Both the position numbers and the translations under genes were made by a program. Positions 50,439 to 60,187 of a stretch of 64,000 bases of DNA are shown one piece after another. Position 1 is the stretch's first letter, and every line of letters starts with the position of its first letter. The notes below the pieces were generated by a model. The model worked only from the letters and a program-made list of their open reading frames with translations. It did no database searches and was not told where the DNA came from. This stretch comes from Acholeplasma sp. (GTDB lineage Bacteria > Bacillota_I > Bacilli_A > ML615J-28 > CAG-698), in NCBI GenBank assembly GCA_012838635.1, contig DUOW01000005.1, positions 15,555 to 79,554 of the forward strand, given 5' to 3'.

Positions 50439-51763
50439 TATCTTTTATCCTTATCTTCTGTAAACTTTAAGATATGTTTGAAGAATGTAATATCCATAAT
50501 ACCAGTTCTACCATGTCTATTCTTTTCAACTTTTAGTTTTAAGTTAGCAGTTTTTTGATTTCTTTCTTCATCTTCTTTATTGCTATAAATAAACATAACA
50601 ACGTCAGCATCTTGTTCAATACTTCCTGATTCTCTTAATTGAGCTAAGTTTGGCTCACCATCAGGTTTAGCAGCTGTTCTATTTAATTGTGATAAAGCAA
50701 TAATTGGAATATCAAGCTCCATCGCTAAAACTTTTAATGATCTAGAAATTGCCCCAACAATCTCCGCTCTTGTAGAAGAACGTCTTGGATTATCCAAATC
50801 AATTAATTGTAAGTAGTCAATGATAATTAAATCTAATTTACCATTTCTCTTTAAACTACGACATTGAGCCATAATATCAAAGATGTTAGCACTATTACTA
50901 TCATCTAAATATAGATTAAATCTATCGACTTGTGATTTAGCTGTTAGAATACTAGAAATTTCATTAGATGTTAATTGACCTTTATTAATCTTATCGTGAT
51001 CTACTGCTGACTCTGTACTAATTAGTCTCTTAACGATTTGTTCTTTACCCATCTCTAGAGAAATAAACGCTACATATTTTTTTTGTTTACATGCTGCAGA
51101 AGCAAAGTTTAAAGCTAGTGCTGTTTTACCAACACCTGGACGAGCAGCTAAAATGATTAATTCTTGTTTTTTAAAACCTGATAGAATTTCATTTAATCCT
51201 TTAAAGCCTGTATCAATACCAATCAACTCATTTTTGTTTTGCATTCTTTGGTTTATTTCATCAATAACTCCTGGAGTAATTGAATCTACTTTTGTAAGTT
51301 GATTAACTGATCTTTTGTTTAAAACATTTTTTACTAATCTTTCTGTATTATTTAAGATATCATCTGTTGCAAAACGGCCAGATAAAATATCGTTAGAAAT
51401 ATTAGATAACGTATGATAAAGTTCTCTTTGTAATGATTTTTCTTTAATTGTAGCTGCATATGTATCCCAACGAACATATGTTGGCAGAATATCAATTAAA
51501 TAACCAATATACTCAATACCACCTGATGCTTCAAATTTCTTTTCTCTTTTTAACTCTTCAATAACATTTGTATAGTTAATCTCTTGGTGATTTTGGTATA
51601 ACTTTTCCATTGCTTCCATAATATTCTTATGGCGCACGTCATAGAAATGTTCAGAATGAACACTATTTACGATAGCTGAAGCTTCTTGAGGATTAATTAA
51701 AGCTGAAGCTAAAATATATTGTTCTGATTCGATACTATAAGGTAATTGTCTTACTTCTTCCAT
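50438..51763 (-). CDS. dnaB: replicative DNA helicase (DnaB family; dnaC in B. subtilis nomenclature)
   Basis: Walker A ARPGVGKT and the RecA-like helicase C-domain. Position after rplI as in Bacillus. Confidence 0.95.
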   Translation of the reverse strand: MEEVRQLPYSIESEQYILASALINPQEASAIVNSVHSEHFYDVRHKNIMEAMEKLYQNHQEINYTNVIEELKREKKFEASGGIEYIGYLIDILPTYVRWDTYAATIKEKSLQRELYHTLSNISNDILSGRFATDDILNNTERLVKNVLNKRSVNQLTKVDSITPGVIDEINQRMQNKNELIGIDTGFKGLNEILSGFKKQELIILAARPGVGKTALALNFASAACKQKKYVAFISLEMGKEQIVKRLISTESAVDHDKINKGQLTSNEISSILTAKSQVDRFNLYLDDSNSANIFDIMAQCRSLKRNGKLDLIIIDYLQLIDLDNPRRSSTRAEIVGAISRSLKVLAMELDIPIIALSQLNRTAAKPDGEPNLAQLRESGSIEQDADVVMFIYSNKEDEERNQKTANLKLKVEKNRHGRTGIMDITFFKHILKFTEDKDKR

Positions 51764-51765
51764 AA

Positions 51766-52209
51766 TTATTCCTTTCCAACTACATAAACAGTTAATTTAG
51801 CTTTAACTTCAGGATGAAGATCAACCGTAACTACATATGTTCCTAAAGCATTAATGTCTTCTTTAATAATCTTTTTGCGATCTAAAGTAATATCGTATTT
51901 TGCTTTATATTCATCAACTATCATTTTACTACTTACAGAGCCAAAGATTTTTCCTTCTTTGCCTACTTTAACACCAATTGTAACTGGGTTTCCTTCAATC
52001 TTGTCGCGTAGTTCTTTCATTTCATTCTCTTTACTTAAAGCTAAACGTTTCTCTTTTTCTTTTTCTTTTTCAAGTTCTTTAATATTATCTACTGTTGCCA
52101 TAATCGCTTGACCACTACGAATAAGGAAGTTTCCATATCCACTCTTAACATCGATAATATCGCCTTTTTTACCTTTACCTTTAACTTCAGTCGTAAGTAT
52201 AATTCGCAT
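51766..52209 (-). CDS. rplI: 50S ribosomal protein L9
   Basis: 147 aa, MRIILTTEVKGKGKKGDIIDVKSGYGNFLI canonical L9. Own RBS GAGGAGGA 4 nt before the ATG at 52209. No stop codon separates it from the upstream gdpP frame. Confidence 0.9.
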   Translation of the reverse strand: MRIILTTEVKGKGKKGDIIDVKSGYGNFLIRSGQAIMATVDNIKELEKEKEKEKRLALSKENEMKELRDKIEGNPVTIGVKVGKEGKIFGSVSSKMIVDEYKAKYDITLDRKKIIKEDINALGTYVVTVDLHPEVKAKLTVYVVGKE

Positions 52210-54204
52210 TGAATCTCCTCCTCTCTCTTCTGAAATATCAATTTCTTTTAGAAGCAATTCTCTTGCTTCTTCCACATCTACTCCTCTTAACTGGCAGGCA
52301 GCATTATTATAATGGCCACCTCCACCTAAGGCTTCCATAATTAGTTGCACGTTAGTTTCATCTAAACTACGAGCACTAATTCCTATTTCATTATCCGAAA
52401 TTCTACCTAAACAAAACGACGCTTTAATTCCTTTAATCTCTAAAACATCATCAGCTACTTTAGCTAAAAACTGTCTTGGATTAGCATCATCTTTGATTGT
52501 AGCAATTCCATACTTTTCTTTATAAATCATAACGTTAGATAAAACAGTAATTCTCTTTTCATATTCGTCATAATCTTCACGCAAATATTTCTTTGCAAGT
52601 TGTAGCTCACCACCATAAGTTTGTAGTCTTGATAAAACGTTAAACGTTCTATAACTTGCACGATACATTAAGTCGTTAGTATCTACTAAAATACCCATTA
52701 CCATCCATGTTGCTTCAGCACTACTTACTGTAATATCTTTATCAATAAATTCATACATCTCCACAATTAACTCAATTGATGAAGATGCAGATGATGTTTG
52801 ATAGATATAATCATATTTATCAACTAAGAACTTACCAGGACGGTGATGGTCAATTACAGCTACATGTTTAGCTTTTTTATAAAGTTTTGGTTCCATCAAA
52901 ATCTTTTGGTTTTGAACATCGACAATTATTAATAAATCATGAGTTTTAATATCTCTAATTGCTTTTTTAGTACTAATTAAATAGTCAAGTGTAGCCGTAT
53001 GTTCTCTTTGAATAATTGAATATAAATACTGAATTGTTTGATCTACTTTATCTAAGTCAAAAACAATTTTTGCTTCTTTGTTATAAGCTGTGGCAATCTT
53101 TTGTACAGCAATTGCTGCCCCAAAAGCATCAGCATCAGCATCAATATGTGTCATAACATAAACTTTATTAGCCTTAAGAATTAATGATACTAATTCTTCA
53201 GCTTTAGTTCTTACATAAACAGGAGATCTACTTTCAAAAGAAGCAGTCTTTCCCCCAAAGTAAGAAACTTCTCCATATTTATTTAAAACACATTGGTTTC
53301 CACCACGATTTAAAGCTAATTGTAATTGTGCTTCAGCTAAAGCAAATAACTCAACATAACTTAAATCAGCATTATCAGCAATCGCAACTCCAATTGATGC
53401 ACTTGATCTAATATCTTCTTTCAAACAATATGACTTAATGTCATCAATTACTTTAAATTCATCTTTCACAACTTCTTTAAGTTGTTTTTCGTTTAATAAA
53501 ATTAAATATTGGTTGTCACTATAACCTTTTAAGTAGATTCCAAACTTGCCACACCAATCACTTAAAATACCAATGATGTTACTCATCTGTGATGATCTTT
53601 CTTGCGCATCAAAGCCAGATAAAGCATCATTTAAGTTATCTAAGTTAATAATACCAGCAGATAAAGTATGATCTGCATATTTTTGTGTTAAGTTATGAAA
53701 ATCCGTAACGTCAGTTAAATAAACGATGTTTTCTTCCATTAAAACTTTACATGAAAAAATAGATCCATATAAACTAATTTCAAACTCTTCTTCATTGGAT
53801 AAGTTGTAATATAAATCTGAGCTAATGTTTTCGATTTTAACATCAACTAATTCGCTTAAGAAAATTTCCTTAGCATAAGCATTAGCCCATTGAATTGTTT
53901 TGTTTTTATTATAGACAATAATACCAATAGGTAATTTATTAAAAGCTGTTTCTCCACCTTTTTTAACACGGTAAGAAATTGAGTTCCATAACTCATACCT
54001 TTGTTCTAACCATTGCATTTTTCTAAACTTCTTATTCCCAACATTTAAAACAAAAACTGTCGTAAATGATGCTGCGACAATAACTAAAGCAACATAAGTT
54101 AGCCATTCGTTTATTTCCCCAAAAATAGCTGTGAAAATAAGTACGAAGCAAGAAGCTAAGAAAAGCATTAAAGATATTATTCTATAGACTAATGTATTTC
54201 TCAT
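52210..54204 (-). CDS. gdpP: GdpP/YybT-type c-di-AMP phosphodiesterase (2 TM, PAS, degenerate GGDEF, DHH/DHHA1). It lacks its own stop codon and reads in-frame into rplI
   Basis: Two N-terminal TM helices. DHH motif region (HIDADADAFG) and DHHA1 GGGGH. 665 codons up to the rplI ATG. The six-frame ORF continues for 812 aa. Confidence 0.8.
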
Positions 54205-54296
54205 AAAATCACCATCTTAACTATATTATTATACCATAACTAGAAGTAAAAATAAACTCTTTATCTTAAAAACCAAATAAAAAAGAGTAGCATAAA

Positions 54297-54518
54297 CTAC
54301 TCTTTCACAAATGGTAATAACGCCATATGACGTGCTCTTTTTATTGCTACAGCTAATTGTCTTTGATAGATAGCTTTTGTTCCTGTTGATCTTCTTGGTT
54401 TAATTTTACCACGATCAGTAACGAATCTTCTTAATAATTCGTAGTCAGTCCAATCTATCTTTTCAATTTTATTATCTGTAAAATAGCAACTTTTTCTTCT
54501 TCTTGGTCTAAATGCCAT
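54297..54518 (-). CDS. rpsR: 30S ribosomal protein S18
   Basis: Canonical S18 sequence (RRKSCYFT...). Terminator hairpin after the stop. Confidence 0.95.
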   Translation of the reverse strand: MAFRPRRRKSCYFTDNKIEKIDWTDYELLRRFVTDRGKIKPRRSTGTKAIYQRQLAVAIKRARHMALLPFVKE

Positions 54519-54532
54519 TTATTAAAACCTCC

Positions 54533-54994
54533 TTAAAATGGTATATCATCGTCAGTGATACCTAAACCAGCTTGCATTTCTTTAAATGGGTCTTCTTGTT
54601 TACGTGGTTCTGGTTCTTGGTTAAAATCAAACGGATAATCTTGATTAAATGGTTGATATCCTTGAGAGCCACCTGATGATTTTGGTTCTAAGAACTCAAT
54701 CGCATTAGCTAATATTTCAGTAATATAAACCATTTTATTATCTTGATCTTGATAACTTCTTGTTCTAACCTCACCATCTATTCCAATTAGACTTCCTTTA
54801 CGCATATAACGAGCTAGGTTCTCTGCTTGAACACGCCATGCAACACAGTTTACAAAATCTGCTTCACGATTGCCTTGACGGTTCACATAATTACGGTTAA
54901 CAGCGATTGTGAAAAAACAATAACTGATTCCGCTATTGGTTTTTTTAAGTTCTGGATCTTTTGTAAGTCTTCCTGTTAATACAACTTTATTCAT
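54533..54994 (-). CDS. ssb: single-stranded DNA-binding protein
   Basis: OB fold sequence MNKVVLTGRLTKDPEL and a C-terminal acidic tail DDDIPF. Confidence 0.95.
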   Translation of the reverse strand: MNKVVLTGRLTKDPELKKTNSGISYCFFTIAVNRNYVNRQGNREADFVNCVAWRVQAENLARYMRKGSLIGIDGEVRTRSYQDQDNKMVYITEILANAIEFLEPKSSGGSQGYQPFNQDYPFDFNQEPEPRKQEDPFKEMQAGLGITDDDIPF

Positions 54995-54996
54995 AA

Positions 54997-55278
54997 TTAA
55001 TCCCTCACTAAAATGTGTCTGATAATATCTTCTCTGATATTACAAATACGGTTATATTCACTAACCGCCTCTGGTGTAGCTTCTACTCTAAACTTTACAT
55101 AATAACCTTTTTTAAGATCATTAATTTCATAAGCTAAATCTCTCATACCCCATTCATCAATTTCCAAAACACGACTTTCATGTTCTTCAAAAATCTTAGC
55201 AATCTCACTAACAATTGTTTTGAATTCTTCCTCAGTGTGTTCAGGATGAATGATGTACATACCAGTATATTCTCTCAT
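54997..55278 (-). CDS. rpsF: 30S ribosomal protein S6
   Basis: Canonical S6 sequence. AGGAGGTGG RBS. Confidence 0.95.
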   Translation of the reverse strand: MREYTGMYIIHPEHTEEEFKTIVSEIAKIFEEHESRVLEIDEWGMRDLAYEINDLKKGYYVKFRVEATPEAVSEYNRICNIREDIIRHILVRD

Positions 55279-55347
55279 TCTTCCACCTCCTTCTGGTCTT
55301 TTGGCTTTTATTTAAATAAAAGCAAGGACGAATTTTCATTCTTAGTT

Positions 55348-55376
55348 ATTATATACTATTAAGCCTTTTTTGTCAA
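55348..55376 (-). promoter_or_regulatory. consensus sigma-A promoter for the rpsF-ssb-rpsR operon (TTGACA-17-TATAAT)
   Basis: Reverse complement reads TTGACA (55371-55376), a 17-nt spacer, then TATAAT (55348-55353). Confidence 0.7.
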
Positions 55377-55412
55377 TTATTTCCTTTAAAAAATCACTAG
55401 TTTTAAATAAAA

Positions 55413-55445
55413 TAAAGAGTTAACTTATAAAAGTTAACTCTTATT
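55413..55445 (-). terminator. rho-independent terminator after the P-type ATPase gene
   Basis: AAGAGTTAACTTTTATAAGTTAACTCTT followed by a T-rich tract on the minus strand. Confidence 0.7.
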
Positions 55446-55473
55446 ATATATTATCTAATTATTAAATATTTAA

Positions 55474-58056
55474 CTAGTTTTCTTGATGTTCTTGCTTAGA
55501 AATAATTCTTAATTTTTGAAATGCCCAATAAATAAAGTTCAAAACTAAGTAAATACCAAAACCAAAAACTAAAACTAATAAAATTTCTGGTAATTTTAAA
55601 CCTACATATCCTAACTTTAAAAAATCATTTAAAAATACTACTATGAGAATTGCTCCTGCTGCTGAGACAACGAAAACTAAGAATCTATATAAATTAAATG
55701 GCCTTGATGCAAAATAAAGTACATAGAACATAATAATTGTTGTTACATATAATGTAACAGTCGTATAACCTTCAGGAGTTTGTAAAACCGTGAATCCTTC
55801 TATGCTTGTTAGGAAATGAATAATAATATGAGCAAACAAAACTGTTAATGCTCCAGGTAAAACATTTCGCAAAACATTAGTAATAAATTTTCCTTTAATT
55901 TTTTCTGTATTAGGTTGTAGAGTGAGCAATGTTGCCGCAAGCCCAATTACAGGCCATTCAAATGGCATAAGTTGATTTGGACTAAATGGATATGCCCTTC
56001 TAACAATTAAATAGAAAATTGTTAGTAAAATTGTAAACAATGTTTTTGTTAGGAATAATACTGCTGTACGTTGAATATTGTTTGTAACTCTTCTTCCTTC
56101 AGCTACAACTTCAGGCATTGCCGAAAAGTTTGATTCAAGTAAAACGATATGTGATACGTGCTTAGTAGCATCACTACCACTAGCCATTGCGATACTACAA
56201 TCTGCTTCTTTTAAAGCTAAGATGTCATTAACACCATCACCTGTCATCGCAACAGTCTTTTTATTCATCTTAAATGTTTGAACTAAAAGTTTCTTTTGGT
56301 AAGGTGAAACTCTACCAAATACATTGTATTCAGTAGCCGCTGCTACAACTTCTTCATCTGTAAGGCCATCTAGACTAATATAACGAGATGCTCCACTAAC
56401 TCCTGCTCTTCTAGCAATTTCTGAAACAGTAATTGGGTTATCTCCACTAATTACTTTTACATCAACTTCATTGTTTTTAAAATATGCGATTACTTGTTCA
56501 GCATCATCTCTAATATGATCTTGAATCGCAATAACAGCAAGAGCTGTTGTTGATTTAGGACGAGAATCTGGATTAATGTTACTCTTAGTATGAGCTAAGA
56601 CAATAACACGACATCCTTGCTCCGCAAACCTTTCAACTCTTTTTTGAATCTTGGCATAGTTTGTTTCATTCAAAACAATTTCTGGAGCACCAATAACATA
56701 ATATCCTAGTTTTCCAAAACTAACTGCACTATATTTTCTTTGCGAAGAAAATGGAATAATACCATCTGCTTTTAAAATTGAGTTTTTACCATAATGTTCA
56801 ATTAAAGCATTACTAGTAGCATTGCTTTCAGGAAAAGCATTCATCATTGAACCAATAATCTCTCTAATTGTATAGTCGCCTCTATTTTCTAACTGCACGC
56901 TGTCAATAACTTTCATCGTACCATCAGTAATTGTACCAGTTTTATCTAGACATAAGATATCTATTTTTGCTAGCATCTCAATACAATATAACTCTTGAAC
57001 TAAAACTTTCTTCTTAGCTAACCTAATAACACTAACTGTTAAGGCAACTGTTGTTAGTAAGAATAGTCCGGCTGGGATCATCGAAATCATAGCTCCAGTT
57101 GTACTTTTAATTGCTTTGTTAAGGTTGTCACCATTGTAACTATTAATAAATGTTAAGGCAGCTAAAGGAATAATAATAATTGATACAATTTTTAAAATTA
57201 AGTTTAATGAATTTAAGATATCTGATTTTGCATTTTTATGCTTTTTAGCACCTGTTGCTAGTTTCTCTACATAACTTGTAGATCCAACTTTGTCAGCAAT
57301 CGCAAGCCCTGTTCCCCCAACAACATAACTACCAGAATATAAAATATCACCAACTCTTTTGTTAATTGCGTGTGATTCACCAGTAATCAAAGATTCATTA
57401 ACTTCAATCGTTCCTTCTTTTAAAATACAGTCACAACCAATTTGTTTCCCCGATTTAAAAACTAAAACATCATCTAAGACTACCTCATCAACAGGAATAT
57501 CTACTTTCTCTCCACCTCTTATAACTGCCGCTGTAGGAGCAAACATTAAAGATAACTGATCTATTTGTTTTTTTGCTCTGATTTCTTGAACAATTCCAAT
57601 AATCATATTTGACAAAACAGTTCCTAAGAATAGTAAATTATAATATTCCCCAATTGCAATTAAAACTATCGCTATTCCAAAAAACAACATATTAAAGAAA
57701 GTAAAGATATTTGTGACAAAAATCATAGCAATTGATTTACCAACTTGAGTGTCTGGACTATTAGCCAATCCTTCAGTATGTCTTTGTTCAACTTGTTCTT
57801 CAGTTAATCCTTTTTTAAGATCAACTTTAAAACGAACAATATCTTCTTCATTAACAATATATCCTTGCTTTTCTCTAATTTTACGAATTTTAGCACGAGC
57901 TCTTTCTTCAGCTTTAGCATCTTTCTTTAACTGTCTTTCGTATTTTTTACTTTCCGCAAGCAATTTTTTGTCTTCAAGTTCGAGTTGTTTATTTAATTTT
58001 TTTGCTTCTTTTTTCTTTTTTGAATCCTGCTTACGAGGATTCTTTTTATTAGACAT
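55474..58056 (-). CDS. cation-transporting P-type ATPase (P2-type, Ca2+/Mg2+-like) with an about 100-aa Lys/Glu-rich N-terminal extension
   Basis: DKTGTIT phosphorylation motif, TGES, MTGDGVNDILALK and 10 TM helices. N-terminus MSNKKNPRKQDSKKKKEAKK... is highly charged. Confidence 0.85.
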   Translation of the reverse strand: MSNKKNPRKQDSKKKKEAKKLNKQLELEDKKLLAESKKYERQLKKDAKAEERARAKIRKIREKQGYIVNEEDIVRFKVDLKKGLTEEQVEQRHTEGLANSPDTQVGKSIAMIFVTNIFTFFNMLFFGIAIVLIAIGEYYNLLFLGTVLSNMIIGIVQEIRAKKQIDQLSLMFAPTAAVIRGGEKVDIPVDEVVLDDVLVFKSGKQIGCDCILKEGTIEVNESLITGESHAINKRVGDILYSGSYVVGGTGLAIADKVGSTSYVEKLATGAKKHKNAKSDILNSLNLILKIVSIIIIPLAALTFINSYNGDNLNKAIKSTTGAMISMIPAGLFLLTTVALTVSVIRLAKKKVLVQELYCIEMLAKIDILCLDKTGTITDGTMKVIDSVQLENRGDYTIREIIGSMMNAFPESNATSNALIEHYGKNSILKADGIIPFSSQRKYSAVSFGKLGYYVIGAPEIVLNETNYAKIQKRVERFAEQGCRVIVLAHTKSNINPDSRPKSTTALAVIAIQDHIRDDAEQVIAYFKNNEVDVKVISGDNPITVSEIARRAGVSGASRYISLDGLTDEEVVAAATEYNVFGRVSPYQKKLLVQTFKMNKKTVAMTGDGVNDILALKEADCSIAMASGSDATKHVSHIVLLESNFSAMPEVVAEGRRVTNNIQRTAVLFLTKTLFTILLTIFYLIVRRAYPFSPNQLMPFEWPVIGLAATLLTLQPNTEKIKGKFITNVLRNVLPGALTVLFAHIIIHFLTSIEGFTVLQTPEGYTTVTLYVTTIIMFYVLYFASRPFNLYRFLVFVVSAAGAILIVVFLNDFLKLGYVGLKLPEILLVLVFGFGIYLVLNFIYWAFQKLRIISKQEHQEN

Positions 58057-58065
58057 AGTTTCCTC

Positions 58066-58617
58066 CTATCTAATTCCACTAATTGCTTTTTCGATTCTTT
58101 TAGCTTCTTCTTTCCCAGATATTTTCTTCACAATTTCTAAAGCAAATTCAATTGTATAAGCCATTGCTCTAGCTGTAATAATGTTATTTGCTACAACTAC
58201 TTCTTTTTCTGGATAATATGAACCACTCTTTAAATATTCATCTAATCCAGGAAAACAAGTAAATTTCTTTCCTTTTAATAAACCAAGTCTACTTAATACT
58301 GTTGGGCCAGCACAAATAGCACCGATAATTTTTTGATTCATTACAAACTCTTCTACAATCTCGCTAACTAAAGCACTAGAATGAAAAGTAAGTACCGACT
58401 TTAAACCACCAGGTATAATCAAAAAGCCATATTCTTCGCTAATAACATCGCTTAACCTTGTGTCTGCTGCTACTTGTACATTATGGCTTGAAGTAACAGT
58501 TAAATCTAATCCTACACTTGCTAAAGTCACATCTAACTTAGCCCTGCGTAAAATATCAATCGTGATGATTGCTTCAGATTCTTCAAAACCATTTGCTAAT
58601 AAAACTAATCCTTTCAT
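58066..58617 (-). CDS. DJ-1/PfpI family protein
   Basis: 183 aa with a nucleophile elbow AICAGP. Confidence 0.8.
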   Translation of the reverse strand: MKGLVLLANGFEESEAIITIDILRRAKLDVTLASVGLDLTVTSSHNVQVAADTRLSDVISEEYGFLIIPGGLKSVLTFHSSALVSEIVEEFVMNQKIIGAICAGPTVLSRLGLLKGKKFTCFPGLDEYLKSGSYYPEKEVVVANNIITARAMAYTIEFALEIVKKISGKEEAKRIEKAISGIR

Positions 58618-59129
58618 TAATTGACCCTCCCTATATAATTTTTAGACTCATACTGTCCTTTTAATAACTTAACGATGTGAATAAATATTTCAACTCTAGG
58701 AACATTATTATTGGTAAAGATCCCAATAGCACCTTCTTTAGTATTAATCTCTTCTTTATTATAATGATAATTCATAATATCTGCAAGTTCTTTTCCTTCT
58801 TCATAAATTTCATTATAGATAAACTTAGGTAAAGGAATTTTTGTTCCCGATGCCAGATAAACATTATCATCTTGATCTATTAAAACCCCAAAGTTAATTA
58901 GAAATAAGATATCTTCTTCTAAACTAACACCTGCTTCTAAACCAATCCTTAACCCATCTTTTGGTAAAGCTTTAGCTCTATTGTAAGCACCTTGCATCGT
59001 TTCCTTTTCGCTTTTAGGTTGGTTAGATACCTTACTATCAGTCTTCAAAGCAATAACAGTAGCTTCCTTAAAAACTTCTCTTACTGCTTCTACTTTAGTT
59101 CTGTTTTGACTAGCGATATATACTTTCAC
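58617..59129 (-). CDS. inosine/xanthosine triphosphatase (YjjX/DUF84 non-canonical purine NTP phosphatase)
   Basis: N-terminus MKVYIASQNRTKVEAV... and E.G pattern typical of the YjjX family. Confidence 0.6.
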   Translation of the reverse strand: MKVYIASQNRTKVEAVREVFKEATVIALKTDSKVSNQPKSEKETMQGAYNRAKALPKDGLRIGLEAGVSLEEDILFLINFGVLIDQDDNVYLASGTKIPLPKFIYNEIYEEGKELADIMNYHYNKEEINTKEGAIGIFTNNNVPRVEIFIHIVKLLKGQYESKNYIGRVN

Positions 59130-60187
59130 TTCTTTAATTCAAGTAATCTTTCTTTACTAAAATCTTTTATAATTTCTAAAACAATTGCCTTTACCGCTTC
59201 TACATCCCTAACATCAATCATTGATGTATTAGAGTGAATATATCTTCCTGGCAGGCCAATTGTAATACTAAAACATCCACTACCGGCATATTGAGCTATA
59301 GCAGCATCTGTTCCCCCCATTGATAAAAAGAATTGATAATCAATCTTGTGTTTCTTTGCCAACCCTTCTACATACTCAAGCATCTTAGGATTCATAATGT
59401 TACGTGGATCATAAAATCTAATTAAAAATCCTCCATTTAACTTTCCAAAAGCATCTCCTGGTCCAGGTGTTGCATCACCAACTGGCGAAACATCAAGAGC
59501 AATAAATAGATCTGGTTCTACCATTTGTGATGATGTCTTAGCACCACGTAAACCTACTTCTTCTTGAACTGTTGCCCCACAAATTACTGTATTTGGATGG
59601 CTAATATTCTTAAGTTCACGAAATACTTCTAAAGCCATTCCTGTACCAAAACGGTTATCCCAAGCTTTAGAAACAATTCTATTTTTATTTTTTGTTATGT
59701 AATAATCATTTTCAAAAGTTAAAAAGTCTCCTGGTTTAATGCCCCACTTTTCTAAATCTTTTTTTGATTCAGCCCCTACATCAATAAATAAGTTTTCTAC
59801 TTTAATTTCACCATTAGCTCCCATATGTGGTGGTACAGAAGCAACTACACCTTTAACTTTACCTTTAGTAGTTTCGATAACAACATTTTGTGATACCCAA
59901 ACATGAGGAACAACTCCGCCAATATTAATGAACTTGATAAATCCGTTTTCTTGAAGTCTTGTAACCATACCACCAACTTCATCCATATGCCCAGCAATCA
60001 TAATTACTGGTTCATCTTTCTTTCCTCTTTTTACACCAAAAACAGAGCCTAATCCATCTCTTAAAATTTCATCAGTCTCTTTCTTGTATTCTTCTAATAA
60101 ATATTCTTTAACTAAACCTTCATCACCACTAGGACCATTTAAGTTAGTTAAGTCTTCATATAATTTCATTCTTTTCTTAGTTGTCAT
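59126..60187 (-). CDS. M42 family glutamyl aminopeptidase (FrvX/YsdC/PepA-like)
   Basis: MTTKKRMKLYEDLTNLNGPSGDEG and metal-binding HMDEVG, 353 aa. The ATG at 60187 is preceded by AAGGCGG 6 nt upstream. Confidence 0.8.
   Translation of the reverse strand: MTTKKRMKLYEDLTNLNGPSGDEGLVKEYLLEEYKKETDEILRDGLGSVFGVKRGKKDEPVIMIAGHMDEVGGMVTRLQENGFIKFINIGGVVPHVWVSQNVVIETTKGKVKGVVASVPPHMGANGEIKVENLFIDVGAESKKDLEKWGIKPGDFLTFENDYYITKNKNRIVSKAWDNRFGTGMALEVFRELKNISHPNTVICGATVQEEVGLRGAKTSSQMVEPDLFIALDVSPVGDATPGPGDAFGKLNGGFLIRFYDPRNIMNPKMLEYVEGLAKKHKIDYQFFLSMGGTDAAIAQYAGSGCFSITIGLPGRYIHSNTSMIDVRDVEAVKAIVLEIIKDFSKERLLELKK

Noticed and set aside
52020-52110. GAAAAAGAAAAAG-type short repeats (EKEKEKEK) within rplI
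   Set aside because: A simple low-complexity coding repeat in the L9 linker helix. It is not a CRISPR or regulatory repeat.
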